Made by a program: the position numbers and the translations under genes. Shown in pieces: positions 20,180 through 30,162 of a stretch of DNA of 64,000 bases. Numbering within the stretch: position 1 is the first letter of the stretch; each line of letters starts with the position of its first letter. This DNA is from Microgenomates group bacterium. Lineage in GTDB: Bacteria; Patescibacteriota; Microgenomatia; Daviesbacterales; UBA10151. Below the pieces are notes generated by a model, which saw only the letters and a list, made by a program, of their open reading frames with translations, did not search any database and had not been told where the DNA came from. The stretch lies in the NCBI GenBank assembly GCA_041659805.1, contig JBAZXP010000001.1:512589-576588 (forward strand), read 5' to 3'.

Positions 20180-20586
20180 TGTTAAACAAATTATCGAATA
20201 TTGGCTTAACAATATTAGTTTTATCGATATTTGTTTTGGTAATCCAAAATTTTTATGTTTCTTACTCAAAAATATTAGATCAATCATTATCAAGTTTATT
20301 TAAACCCGTTTATAAACCTGAAATAATCCTGGCTAAGTCATTAGGCCCTCAATTTCAGATACTCGAGTATATTTCCAAGAGTATTCCTGATTCATCAATC
20401 GTATGTTTTCCTGAAAATTATTATAAAATCGTTTTTAACCAAGACGAAGCTTACTTTCATTATTTTTGGCTTAATAGATCAGCCCTACCGGGAGAAGATA
20501 CCAGTTGTCAGTATAAAATAGAATTATTAGCTAATGAGGATAGACAACAAATTAATATAAATATTATAAATTTAAAAAAATCATGA
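20179..20586 (+). CDS. Hypothetical protein with an N-terminal TM anchor
   Basis: 135 aa with a hydrophobic N-terminal helix. It is tightly packed between the GT4 and the downstream membrane protein (ATGA overlap with the latter). Confidence 0.6.
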   Translation: MLNKLSNIGLTILVLSIFVLVIQNFYVSYSKILDQSLSSLFKPVYKPEIILAKSLGPQFQILEYISKSIPDSSIVCFPENYYKIVFNQDEAYFHYFWLNRSALPGEDTSCQYKIELLANEDRQQININIINLKKS

Positions 20587-21944
20587 ACTACGATATATTC
20601 GGATACTTCTTTATATATATTTTCTATACATTATTTTGTTTAATCTGGTTTAAATCAACATTTATTATCAAATTATCACCGGTATTCCTTAGTAGTTTAA
20701 TTGCAAACCTTTCTTTCTTGGGGTTACTTAGCATTATATATCTTATATCCTTGATTTTTTCTGATAATATTTTGATTAATTATTTTTTTAGTTTCTCCTT
20801 TATTCTAATTTTCAGTATTTTTATCAGACAAAAAGTACTGACGAATAGTTCGATAATTACACTTAGAAAAGAAGAAAAATTATCTACAGGCGCAAAATGG
20901 TCATATTCTATTGCACAATCCCTAACATTAATATTTGGTTTGTTTATTCTGGCTAAGCAGTATTCTATTCCTAAATTTGGTTGGGATTCAGTAATCTATT
21001 GGGTGCCAAGAATGAAAGAAGTGGCATCAGGAGGCTTTATGCCATCTCTAAGCATTGGTTTCCCTTCATATCCGCCTTTATGGATTATCATCGGTTCACA
21101 TGCGCTGCACATTAATAGTAATTTTCTCTATCTATTACCCATTGTTCTTATAATTCATTTGGTATTGGCAACAGGAGACTATTTAAAAACAATTTCGGGG
21201 AAAAAGCTCATTCTCTATATTTATCCATTTTTTATACCAACCTTTATCAATTTAATTTTTAGTATGTATGCTTTAGAGCTTTATGCTAATTTTATAGTTG
21301 CTACCTTTTTATCTCTCGCTTTCTTTTTAAATGATCGGTTAGAGGAAAAAAGGATATGGATTTTATTAACCATAGTATTGATTGCTGCTGTGCTTAGCCG
21401 TCCTGAGGCCATTGTTTTTGTCGGACTTTGGTTTATCGTAAAGTTTATTCAATCATATAAAGAGAAACGAATGAAGCCGTTAATTAGATGTGCTATTTTA
21501 ATATTCTTATCATATATTTCATGGACTATTTTTTACATTAGTAATGGCATTTCAAATCCAATTACCGGTTATCTAATTCAGGGAGCTGGACAGATAAATG
21601 AGAATAAATCTTTAGTCGTATCAAAAGCAATTGAGATTTTACAATATAACTTACAAATTATGGCTTTAGATCAAATTTATTGGTTTATTTTGTTTTATGT
21701 TTTGCTAGCTTTTTTGATAAAAGGTTCAAAATTTTGGTTTTTTGTTAATATTCTTTGTTTCAGCTATTTGATTTTTGAGTATTTAACAGTGCCTGTTGCG
21801 GGAAAATCAACTATGAAGTGGTGGTTGCAAACTGGTTATTTAAGAATGTTCGGGGTATTTAGCTTGTGGATTTTCTTTGATTTCTTAATTAAACTAAATT
21901 CGGCTATGGAAATAACTTCGAAAACTCTAAAACGAGGTAAATAA
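20583..21944 (+). CDS. Polytopic membrane protein, probable divergent GT-C glycosyltransferase or polymerase
   Basis: About 12 TM segments, a loop with GWDSVIYW...SYPPLW, and SRPEA. It is embedded in a glycan operon. Confidence 0.55.
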   Translation: MNYDIFGYFFIYIFYTLFCLIWFKSTFIIKLSPVFLSSLIANLSFLGLLSIIYLISLIFSDNILINYFFSFSFILIFSIFIRQKVLTNSSIITLRKEEKLSTGAKWSYSIAQSLTLIFGLFILAKQYSIPKFGWDSVIYWVPRMKEVASGGFMPSLSIGFPSYPPLWIIIGSHALHINSNFLYLLPIVLIIHLVLATGDYLKTISGKKLILYIYPFFIPTFINLIFSMYALELYANFIVATFLSLAFFLNDRLEEKRIWILLTIVLIAAVLSRPEAIVFVGLWFIVKFIQSYKEKRMKPLIRCAILIFLSYISWTIFYISNGISNPITGYLIQGAGQINENKSLVVSKAIEILQYNLQIMALDQIYWFILFYVLLAFLIKGSKFWFFVNILCFSYLIFEYLTVPVAGKSTMKWWLQTGYLRMFGVFSLWIFFDFLIKLNSAMEITSKTLKRGK

Positions 21945-21945
21945 T

Positions 21946-22632
21946 ATGATAATAAGCAAGATAATCAGGTATAAGAATATAATTTTTGGCATAGACCCAT
22001 ATTTTTTTGAACAAATTAAATGTTTGAGAAAACATTTTGGATCACAAAATGGCGGATGGACAATAGCAGTAGATGGTATTAACAAAAAAAGTATAATCTA
22101 TTCTTTTGGAATTGGAACTGACATATCATTCGATTTGGATTTAATTAATAACTATTCATTAAACGTATATGCTTTTGACCCGACTCCAAGATCTCTTGAG
22201 TGGCTTAAAAAGCAAAAAATTACTAAAAAATTTAGAATTTACCCTTGGGGGATAGCAGATTATGACGGAAAAGAAAAATTTACTCTTCCGCCTCAGGATC
22301 ACTTTGTTTCATTCAGAAAAACAAAAACAGGTTTAACAAAAAACATGATTTCTCTTCCTGTTTACCGGCTATCAACCATTATGAAAAAATTAGGTCATAA
22401 GAAGATTGATATTTTAAAAATGGATATAGAGGGATTTGAATATGGTGTTTTGGAGGATATTCTAAAAAGCCAATTAGATATAAAACAAATTCTGGTGGAG
22501 TTTCATCACCGTTTTTCCGGTTTTAATAAAAATGATACAGAAAAAGCTATTAAAAAACTAAATAAGGCGGGTTATAAGATATTTAATATTTCAGATATAG
22601 GGTTAGAGTATTCTCTAATCAGAAAGGTATAG
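21946..22632 (+). CDS. FkbM-family methyltransferase
   Basis: YSFGIGTDISFD, AFDPTP, IDILKMDIEGFE and QILVEFHH. Confidence 0.88.
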   Translation: MIISKIIRYKNIIFGIDPYFFEQIKCLRKHFGSQNGGWTIAVDGINKKSIIYSFGIGTDISFDLDLINNYSLNVYAFDPTPRSLEWLKKQKITKKFRIYPWGIADYDGKEKFTLPPQDHFVSFRKTKTGLTKNMISLPVYRLSTIMKKLGHKKIDILKMDIEGFEYGVLEDILKSQLDIKQILVEFHHRFSGFNKNDTEKAIKKLNKAGYKIFNISDIGLEYSLIRKV

Positions 22633-22635
22633 GAT

Positions 22636-23454
22636 TTAGGCCTTCTTATTTTGAGATTTAGAACTTTTTAACTTTTCAGAAGCTTCCTTAGAATATTTTT
22701 TATTTTCATCTAAAATAAATTTAGTGAAATTAGTTTTATGAAATTTATCAAACATAATTACATCCGGGATTGTACAATGTCCACCGATAGGGCCCTTAAT
22801 AGGGGTTAATATCGGTCGAACGACATTAGGAAGTAGCTTCTTGTAACCTTCATTATAAATTTTGTTGTGCTTTGTATAAATTTGTTCGAAATTCAAATTT
22901 AAATCTTCAGCAATTTTAGACATCCATTTACAGAAAATTATATTCCAGGCAAAATATGTTAAGTCTAAAAGTTTTGCCGTTTCTGAATTTTCCGCACTGT
23001 CGTATATTTCAACCTTTAACCCTAAAGTTTTAAAATGTTTTTTAGCAAGCGATAAAGAAATATCATCTATGGCCCCAATTATTTTTGGGAAAGTTGATTT
23101 GATGGATTCGTAAAGGTGAGGATGAACGCCTATGACAGGAGAATGTACCATTGGTATGTTTGTATTTTTAAATATTTTTCTTGTGGTTCCTGTTGTGGTG
23201 GTACTATTAATAATTACTAATTTTGGTTTTAGTTCCTTTATATTCTGGGATATTATTTTAATGAAGATCTTAGGATTAATTTCAGGAATGTTGACGTGTA
23301 AGTAATCTATTTTATTGTTTCCGATTTGGTCGTAATCTAATTCTCGGATCAAAACATTATACCCTGCCCTTTCGCAGATTTTAGCCATGGCTTTACCAAT
23401 TTCGCCATATCCTAATATTCCGACTGTTTGTTTTTTGGGAGTTGAGTTGTTCAT
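22636..23454 (-). CDS. Short-form UDP-glucose/GDP-mannose dehydrogenase-family protein
   Basis: GILGYGEIG Rossmann motif, INSTTTTGTT, HSPV, SETAKLL and catalytic GGHC. It lacks the C-terminal domain. ATG 23454 is preferred over TTG 23490. Confidence 0.75.
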   Translation of the reverse strand: MNNSTPKKQTVGILGYGEIGKAMAKICERAGYNVLIRELDYDQIGNNKIDYLHVNIPEINPKIFIKIISQNIKELKPKLVIINSTTTTGTTRKIFKNTNIPMVHSPVIGVHPHLYESIKSTFPKIIGAIDDISLSLAKKHFKTLGLKVEIYDSAENSETAKLLDLTYFAWNIIFCKWMSKIAEDLNLNFEQIYTKHNKIYNEGYKKLLPNVVRPILTPIKGPIGGHCTIPDVIMFDKFHKTNFTKFILDENKKYSKEASEKLKSSKSQNKKA

Positions 23455-23463
23455 TAAATTTCT

Positions 23464-23469
23464 ATTATA
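23464..23469 (-). promoter_or_regulatory. Consensus -10 hexamer
   Basis: TATAAT on the minus strand, 9 nt before ATG 23454. Confidence 0.5.
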
Positions 23470-23517
23470 ATGCTTTGACTGTGTTAACAATTATAGTGTG
23501 ATGTTAATCATTTGTCT

Positions 23518-24603
23518 ATGAAAAAAATCATTTTAGTTGTGGGTGCAAGACCCAATTTTATGAAGGCTGCACCTCTTTATCGTTACCTAAAGACGCAAAA
23601 TTTATTTAAAGTAATCTTATTGCATACAGGTCAGCATTATGATTACGAAATGTCACAAATATTTTTTGAAGATTTGGATTTACCAAAACCGGATTACTTT
23701 TTAAATGTTCAGTCAGGGTCACATGCTGCCCAGACTGCCAAAATAATGGTTAAGTTTGAAAAAGTTTTATTGAAAGAAAAACCTGAGTTAGTAGTTGTTT
23801 TTGGTGATGTTAATTCAACTGTTGCCTGTAGTCTAGTAGCTAAAAAAATACAAATACCTGTGGCTCACGTCGAAGCCGGTTTGAGAAGCTATGATGATAC
23901 GATGCCGGAAGAAATAAATCGGAGAATAACTGATTCTATTTCTGAAATTTTGCTTACTCCTTCAAAAGATGCGAATTTAAATTTATTAAAAGAGGGTATA
24001 AGCATGGAAAAAATATATTTGGTGGGAAATATTATGATTGATTCTTTAATGACTTCTGTAAGTAAAATGACACAGGGAGCAAAGTTTTTCAACAAATTTA
24101 AAATAGAGGACAAAAAATATTGTTTAGTAACGCTGCATAGACCTTCGAACGTTGATGAAAGAAATAAGTTAACAGAAATTATAGAAAAAGTTAACGAGAT
24201 TAGTCAAAAGATATCAGTTGTTTTTCCTGTTCATCCAAGGACAAATAAAAATTTACATGATTGGGGAATTACTGTAAGCAAAAAGCTCAAATTTATTCCT
24301 CCGTTAGGTTATAAAGATTTTACTTTTTTAGAAAAAAATGCCGGTTTAGTAATCACAGATTCAGGTGGTATTCAGGAAGAAACAACTTTTTTGGGAGTAC
24401 CTTGTTTAACACTTCGTCCAAATACAGAAAGACCAATTACTATTAAATTGGGGACTAATAAATTAGTAACAGAACAGAGCTTGCTGAAAGAAGTTGATTT
24501 TATTTTAAATGAAAAGAATAAAAAAGGGAAAATACCCCCTTTTTGGGACGGGCAAACAGCTTCAAGGATTACGAAAATTTTAACTCAAAAGCTCGGGAAT
24601 TAA
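23518..24603 (+). CDS. wecB: UDP-N-acetylglucosamine 2-epimerase (non-hydrolysing)
   Basis: VVGARPNFMK, HTGQHYD, GDVNST, HVEAGLRS, MPEEINR and TDSGGIQEE. Confidence 0.93.
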   Translation: MKKIILVVGARPNFMKAAPLYRYLKTQNLFKVILLHTGQHYDYEMSQIFFEDLDLPKPDYFLNVQSGSHAAQTAKIMVKFEKVLLKEKPELVVVFGDVNSTVACSLVAKKIQIPVAHVEAGLRSYDDTMPEEINRRITDSISEILLTPSKDANLNLLKEGISMEKIYLVGNIMIDSLMTSVSKMTQGAKFFNKFKIEDKKYCLVTLHRPSNVDERNKLTEIIEKVNEISQKISVVFPVHPRTNKNLHDWGITVSKKLKFIPPLGYKDFTFLEKNAGLVITDSGGIQEETTFLGVPCLTLRPNTERPITIKLGTNKLVTEQSLLKEVDFILNEKNKKGKIPPFWDGQTASRITKILTQKLGN

Positions 24604-24609
24604 TTTTAA

Positions 24610-25776
24610 ATGAAGATACTAATAGTAATTGATTATTACCAACCAAAGCTGGGGTATAGCGACAGCTTCTTAGCTAAAAATTTTAAAAAATTTGGTCATG
24701 AGGTTAAAATTTTGACCTCTAATTTTTACTTCCCATTTCCCGATTATGATAGTACTGTTAAAAAAGTACTTGGCAAACGAGAATTACCTATAGGTAAGGA
24801 AGTTTATGATGGATTAGAAATATTCCGCCAAAAAATGATTAGGGAAATTTTTACCAGGGCAATTTTTTCCGGACACGAGAGTTTGTTAAATACATTTAAA
24901 CCTGATTTGGTTCTTGTGAATAAGGCAGCAAGCTATAATGCTGTTAGAATGTGTCAGCTTAAAGATCAATTTAAATACAAACTATATTCTTATGATAGCC
25001 ATCTTCCCTCCGAACTCGAACGAGAAAACCTATTTGTAAAAAAGATTGTTTATTTTATCTTTAGACTTTTTTTTGCAAATATAATAAATTCGAGGATCGA
25101 TAAATTCATTGCTGTTCAGGAAAAAACCAAAATTATTTTAAAAGATTTTTATGGTGTTAAGAAAAATATTACAGTAATACCTCTAGGTACTGATACAGAT
25201 AGATTTAAGTTTAATGCAAAAGTGAGATCCGAGATAAGAAAAAAAAATGAGATTGGAAATCAAGATTTTGTTATTATTTATGCCGGAAAATTAATTGAAT
25301 CTAAGGGTGTGGATATTTTATTTAAAGCTTTCAATGAACTTTGTAAGAAAAATTTGCATATAAAGTTGATGATTGTAGGTGAAGGGAGTAAAGAATATAC
25401 AGATTTTTGCCTGTCAAAATTAGATAAGAAATATCATTCCAAAGTAATTTGGATAGAATTTCAGCGTCCTGAAAATTTGTATAAGTATTATTCAGCTTCA
25501 GAATCTGGTGTTTGGCCGCTTCAGGAGTCAACCAGTATGAATGATGCAGCTTCGAATTCTTTGCCGTTTATTGCAAACGATACGGTCGGAGATAAAACCA
25601 GAATAAGTAACAATAATGGTTTACTTTACAAAAAGGGTGACTACAAAGAATTAGCAAAAAAAATAGAATATCTCTATAATAATCCGATGGAAAGAAAACA
25701 AATGGGTAAAAAGGGAAGGGAGCTGGCAGTGGGGAAATTATCATGGGAAATCACCGCTGCTAAATTTTTACAATAA
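24610..25776 (+). CDS. GT4 glycosyltransferase
   Basis: YQPKLGY, IPLGTD and IYAGKLIESKG. The C-terminal acidic motif is degenerate (QESTSMNDAASNSLP). Confidence 0.82.
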   Translation: MKILIVIDYYQPKLGYSDSFLAKNFKKFGHEVKILTSNFYFPFPDYDSTVKKVLGKRELPIGKEVYDGLEIFRQKMIREIFTRAIFSGHESLLNTFKPDLVLVNKAASYNAVRMCQLKDQFKYKLYSYDSHLPSELERENLFVKKIVYFIFRLFFANIINSRIDKFIAVQEKTKIILKDFYGVKKNITVIPLGTDTDRFKFNAKVRSEIRKKNEIGNQDFVIIYAGKLIESKGVDILFKAFNELCKKNLHIKLMIVGEGSKEYTDFCLSKLDKKYHSKVIWIEFQRPENLYKYYSASESGVWPLQESTSMNDAASNSLPFIANDTVGDKTRISNNNGLLYKKGDYKELAKKIEYLYNNPMERKQMGKKGRELAVGKLSWEITAAKFLQ

Positions 25777-25777
25777 T

Positions 25778-26947
25778 ATGCTCCGATTTTTGTCTCCAAC
25801 GACAGCTCTCATATGTATTCGTGACTTTCTAGGCGTATTATATCCTGAGCAAAAAAACGAAGCACATATTAAGGCAGGGTTAGATTGGTTGAAATGCGCT
25901 CAAGATAAAAGTGGTGATGGTGGAGTTGCTGCCTGGTATTCATTAGTCACGGGTTGGATGCCATCCTATATTGAAACAACAGGTTATATTGTCAGTACGT
26001 TTCTTCAGTGCTCTAAATATTTTAAAGATATTGATCTTAAAAAAAGAGCTATCAAAATGGGAGATTTTTTGATAAGTATGCAAAATTCAGACGGAAGTTT
26101 CAGACGTCAGGTGCCTCGTGTTACAAGTGATTCTAAACCGATAATTTTTGATACAGGACAAGATATAATCGGATTGGTAGATCTATATAAAGAAACGAAG
26201 GTTTCTAAATATTTGGCTTCTGCAAAAAAAGCCGCAGATTTTCTTTGTTCTGTTCAAGAAAAAAATGGCAGTTGGGTAAGGTTTGAATATGGAGGCTCTG
26301 CTCGAAGTTATGAAACCAGAACCGCCTGGGCTTTATTAAAAGTATATGCAGCAACTAATAACAAAAAGTATAGAGATTGCGGAATAAAGAATTTAGAATG
26401 GGTAGCTAAAAATCAATTGAAGAATGGTTGGTTCAAATACAACAATTTACCATATCCTGATCCTAAAGAGCCTTTGATTCATACTATTTCGTACGCTATC
26501 GAAGGATTTTTATGGTCAGGTGTTTTATTAAAAGAAAAAAAATATATTGATATTGCTAAAAAAGCTGCAGATCAAATATTGGAATACTTCAATAAATTTA
26601 ATTTTTTGCCCGGGACATTTGATAAGGATTGGAAAACAAAAGATCACTATTCATGCTTAACTGGGGATGCTCAAATATCGCTTGTTTGGTTGGAACTATA
26701 TAAAATTACTAAGGAAATTAAATACTTGAGGGAGGCAAAAAGACTAAATGCTTATCTCAAAAAGACTCAGGATATTTCAACATCAAATAAAAATATAAAA
26801 GGTGGGATTAAAGGCAGTTTTCCTATATATGGAGACTTGGTAGGATTTAAGGGTTATTGTAGAATGGCTTATCTAAATTGGGCGGTAAAATTTTTTATAG
26901 ATTCATTATTAACAGAAGAATTAATCACAAGACATCATAAAATATGA
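25778..26947 (+). CDS. (alpha/alpha)-barrel protein of glycan loci (prenyltransferase/squalene-cyclase-like repeats), function unknown
   Basis: SYIETTGYI, QW-like repeats (MQNSDGSF, VQEKNGSW, NQLKNGWF), FDTGQ, HTISY, CLTGDAQ and NWAVKFFIDSL. Confidence 0.7.
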   Translation: MLRFLSPTTALICIRDFLGVLYPEQKNEAHIKAGLDWLKCAQDKSGDGGVAAWYSLVTGWMPSYIETTGYIVSTFLQCSKYFKDIDLKKRAIKMGDFLISMQNSDGSFRRQVPRVTSDSKPIIFDTGQDIIGLVDLYKETKVSKYLASAKKAADFLCSVQEKNGSWVRFEYGGSARSYETRTAWALLKVYAATNNKKYRDCGIKNLEWVAKNQLKNGWFKYNNLPYPDPKEPLIHTISYAIEGFLWSGVLLKEKKYIDIAKKAADQILEYFNKFNFLPGTFDKDWKTKDHYSCLTGDAQISLVWLELYKITKEIKYLREAKRLNAYLKKTQDISTSNKNIKGGIKGSFPIYGDLVGFKGYCRMAYLNWAVKFFIDSLLTEELITRHHKI

Positions 26948-27843
26948 ATTACTTATTTTCATTTCAAAAAGTGTTGAATCATCCTAATAATAGAAACACT
27001 AAAATTAATACTTTAGGACGTTTATTGCTGTGGAAATTTAACCAGTTATTTTTGAAAAAGACTGTAATTGTTAATTTGACCCCTGAAATGAAATGCCTGT
27101 GTTATCCGGACAGTTCTTTCGGTAGCCTTATTATCTATACAAGGTTTCCCGAATACGAGGAGATGAATTTTATATATGATTATTTGCGTAGAGATGACGT
27201 CTTTTTAGATGTTGGAGCAAATATAGGTGCTCATACCTTAATGGCAGCATCAAAGATTAAAAACGGTAAGATAGTTTCATTTGAACCTTCTCTCAAAGCT
27301 TTGAAATATTTAAAAGAGAATATTCGAATCAACCACTTGGAGGCTTTAGTGACAATTATAGATAAAGTTGTTTCGAACAAGGATGGATATGAAAAATTCA
27401 TTTCAGGTAAGCATTCTGAAATCGATAGAATCGGGCAAAAAGATGATTCATCACAAGTAATTAAGCTGATTTCTTCGATTACTCTTGATAAATTTTTGAC
27501 TTTACATAGAATATCTTTTGTAGATTTTATAAAAATTGATGTTGAAGGTGCGGAGTTTAAAGTTATGGAAGGACTGAAAGGTTATCTAGAAAAAGGAAAA
27601 ATCGGGTTGATTTTATTCGAGGTTAATTCTAATAGTAAATCGTATGGTTATTCTGTTGGAGACATTATTAGTTTCTTGGAAGAAAATAATTATCTTCTTT
27701 ACTCATTGAGGGATAGCAATAAAATAAGTAGATTAACAGACAAAGATCTCAGATCTCACCATACTTTTAATATATTAGCTGTGAATAGATCTAAAAAGAT
27801 ACAAGATAGAATTAATAAATATGTTGTAAAGGCAAATAATTGA
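26944..27843 (+). CDS. FkbM-family methyltransferase
   Basis: FLDVGANIG, SFEP and FIKIDVEGAE. Confidence 0.92.
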   Translation: MNYLFSFQKVLNHPNNRNTKINTLGRLLLWKFNQLFLKKTVIVNLTPEMKCLCYPDSSFGSLIIYTRFPEYEEMNFIYDYLRRDDVFLDVGANIGAHTLMAASKIKNGKIVSFEPSLKALKYLKENIRINHLEALVTIIDKVVSNKDGYEKFISGKHSEIDRIGQKDDSSQVIKLISSITLDKFLTLHRISFVDFIKIDVEGAEFKVMEGLKGYLEKGKIGLILFEVNSNSKSYGYSVGDIISFLEENNYLLYSLRDSNKISRLTDKDLRSHHTFNILAVNRSKKIQDRINKYVVKANN

Positions 27844-28547
27844 TGCATCCTACATACAATTATATTTTTCATCTCATTAACGAGTTTTTATCAAATGATA
27901 GAAAAGTCAGCCTGGTTGATTATGGATGCGGAAACGGACTGTTTTTAGAATATTTTCCAAAGGGAAGAATATTGAAATATCTTGGTTTGGATATCAATCT
28001 TAGCAGCATCGATTTTGCTAATAAAAACTACAGATCAAAAAAGATAAGTTTCGGATTAATTCGCCAAGGATATCCTGCTAAATTAGGTAAGCCAAATTCG
28101 ATTGATTTGATTGTATTAATCGGTGTTTTGCAATACATGTCACAAAAGGAAATCGATCTTTTTTTAAAAGAGGCAAGAAAAGTGCTGAGAAAAGACGGTA
28201 GGGTTATTATTAGTTGTGCTGTAGATCATGTTCCGTACCGAATATTCAATATATACAGACTGCTTTTGCCAAATTATTTTATAAATGAGGAAATTTTTTT
28301 GAGTACTGTAAAGAAATCAGATATGAAAATTATATATAAAAGCGAGAAAGGAATTTTTTTTGCGCCGTTGTTTTCTAATGTAATAAGTTTGTTTTTTGAT
28401 ATTTCGGACAAAATTATATTTCAAACTAAAGGTTCACTTGGACCTATTGGTAGGTTTGGTAGAGCCATGGTTAACCCTATATTAAGATTAGAGTATTCTT
28501 TGCCGATTAATTATGGCTACACCCTTTTCTTTGTTTTAAAAAAATAA
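27843..28547 (+). CDS. Class I SAM-dependent methyltransferase
   Basis: VDYGCGNG, GLDIN, GVLQY and VLRKDG. Confidence 0.85.
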   Translation: MHPTYNYIFHLINEFLSNDRKVSLVDYGCGNGLFLEYFPKGRILKYLGLDINLSSIDFANKNYRSKKISFGLIRQGYPAKLGKPNSIDLIVLIGVLQYMSQKEIDLFLKEARKVLRKDGRVIISCAVDHVPYRIFNIYRLLLPNYFINEEIFLSTVKKSDMKIIYKSEKGIFFAPLFSNVISLFFDISDKIIFQTKGSLGPIGRFGRAMVNPILRLEYSLPINYGYTLFFVLKK

Positions 28548-28558
28548 ATTGGGTTTAC

Positions 28559-30142
28559 TCAAGCTTTTCTGTGTCTTATGCCTAGTTTCCAAAGATAATA
28601 ACCCCAGGGGCCGGTAATTGTAGAAAAATCAAGCCTTTCTAAATGGGCTATTGCCCTTGAGATTAAGTATAAAGTTTTAATCGCCCAATATAAAGTAGGA
28701 TAGTTTTTTTGTTTTTCTTCGTAGCCTTTTACATATTTAAGAAGAAAAAAGAATATAAACTTCGGTGGTTTAAAAATGGCAAGGCTGTACAATAAGATAT
28801 TATCTAATGTTTTTCCAGTTTCTAAATATGAGGATTGTAAAGCCTGGATATCAATCTCTGGATGCTTCTTGAAATAATCAAAGAGTTTTGTTTTTGGAAA
28901 AATCCTTAAAGAAAAAATAGTCAAAGTATATGGTCTTTCCAACTCGTAAATAAACTTTAATGACTTGAGAATATCATCCAAAGTAGCAATAGGGTTGTCG
29001 GAAATAATATCATAGGCTGGAGGAATCATATTGTACTTTTTGGTTACTTTTGCCAGGATTTTAACTGATTGTTTGATATTTTTTAGAGATGTGGGGCGTT
29101 CGTAAAAGGCAAGTATTTTTTCACTTCCACTTTGAATTCCCATCCTTCCGCGGTTCATTCCTGCTTTTCCTAAAATTTCCATTTTTTGAGTGGTTACAAG
29201 ATTTGGATGAAGACCACTTACAGCGAAAGGCAAATTGATTCTTTTCTTATATTCTTTGGCAAATTTTTTAATGACGTCTAAAGGTAGCGCAATAAAATTA
29301 TCATCATTAAACATAATTGTTGTTATAAAAGGGTTTTTCTTTATATTTTCCTCAATTTCATCAAGAATATAATCGACAGAAGAGTAACGGATATTTCTGT
29401 AATTATTGTCAATTTTTATGAAGGCATCATTCGCACAATAAGTACACGAATAAGGGCACCCGAGTGTCCAAATTGTCCAATAGCACAAACCATTATACCT
29501 AAAAAAATCGCTCGTATTTAGATTTCGAAACGTTTTTATCTTTTGGTCATAGATGAAGCAATCATAATTGTGATAAAGATGGGGGAATAAACTTAATTCT
29601 TCTTTGGTATTTAGTGGACGGATAGGGTTTCGTATAATTCTTTTCCCTTGTCTAAACCACATATTAAGAGTTTGAGTATATTTTTTATTAATTAAATAAT
29701 TGGAATAAAACATTTCAAAAGGGACTTCACCTTCTCCGATGCAAATGGCATCAGCATGTTTTATTGCTTCTTCCGGATTAATTATGCAATGAACACCTCC
29801 CCAAACGATATAGGTCTTAGGATTGTATTTTTTTACAGCTGTTATTATTCGAGCAACGTATGATGAGCTAGGCGTCATAGAGGAGAAACAAAGTAGATCA
29901 GCCTTAGCAAGTTCCTTAGCTATTAAATTAATATCTTTATTGGTAAGCATGCTTTTATGAGAAGGTAACAGGTGATTTAAAAATGAATAGAGATTGCCAG
30001 GTGTAATAAAATAAATATCTATATTTGGATTAAGTTTACGTGCAACAGCTGCTACACGCCGGAATCCCAGGGCGTTTATACCTTCCTCCACAGAGACAAA
30101 TTTTACTTTTAAGTTCTTTTTATTGACTGTTTGTTTTGCCAT
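28559..30142 (-). CDS. Cobalamin-binding radical SAM enzyme
   Basis: N-terminal B12-binding domain (WGGVH, IGEGE), CPYSCTYC, FNDDNF and MGIQSGS. Confidence 0.9.
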   Translation of the reverse strand: MAKQTVNKKNLKVKFVSVEEGINALGFRRVAAVARKLNPNIDIYFITPGNLYSFLNHLLPSHKSMLTNKDINLIAKELAKADLLCFSSMTPSSSYVARIITAVKKYNPKTYIVWGGVHCIINPEEAIKHADAICIGEGEVPFEMFYSNYLINKKYTQTLNMWFRQGKRIIRNPIRPLNTKEELSLFPHLYHNYDCFIYDQKIKTFRNLNTSDFFRYNGLCYWTIWTLGCPYSCTYCANDAFIKIDNNYRNIRYSSVDYILDEIEENIKKNPFITTIMFNDDNFIALPLDVIKKFAKEYKKRINLPFAVSGLHPNLVTTQKMEILGKAGMNRGRMGIQSGSEKILAFYERPTSLKNIKQSVKILAKVTKKYNMIPPAYDIISDNPIATLDDILKSLKFIYELERPYTLTIFSLRIFPKTKLFDYFKKHPEIDIQALQSSYLETGKTLDNILLYSLAIFKPPKFIFFFLLKYVKGYEEKQKNYPTLYWAIKTLYLISRAIAHLERLDFSTITGPWGYYLWKLGIRHRKA

Positions 30143-30162
30143 GGTAACTTATACAATTATTG

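Noticed and set aside
25778-26947. Squalene-hopene cyclase or hopanoid cluster (QW repeats plus HpnJ/HpnP-like radical SAM genes)
   Set aside because: The protein is a single barrel of 389 aa without the DXDD motif, and there are no isoprenoid genes in a context that is entirely glycan-related.
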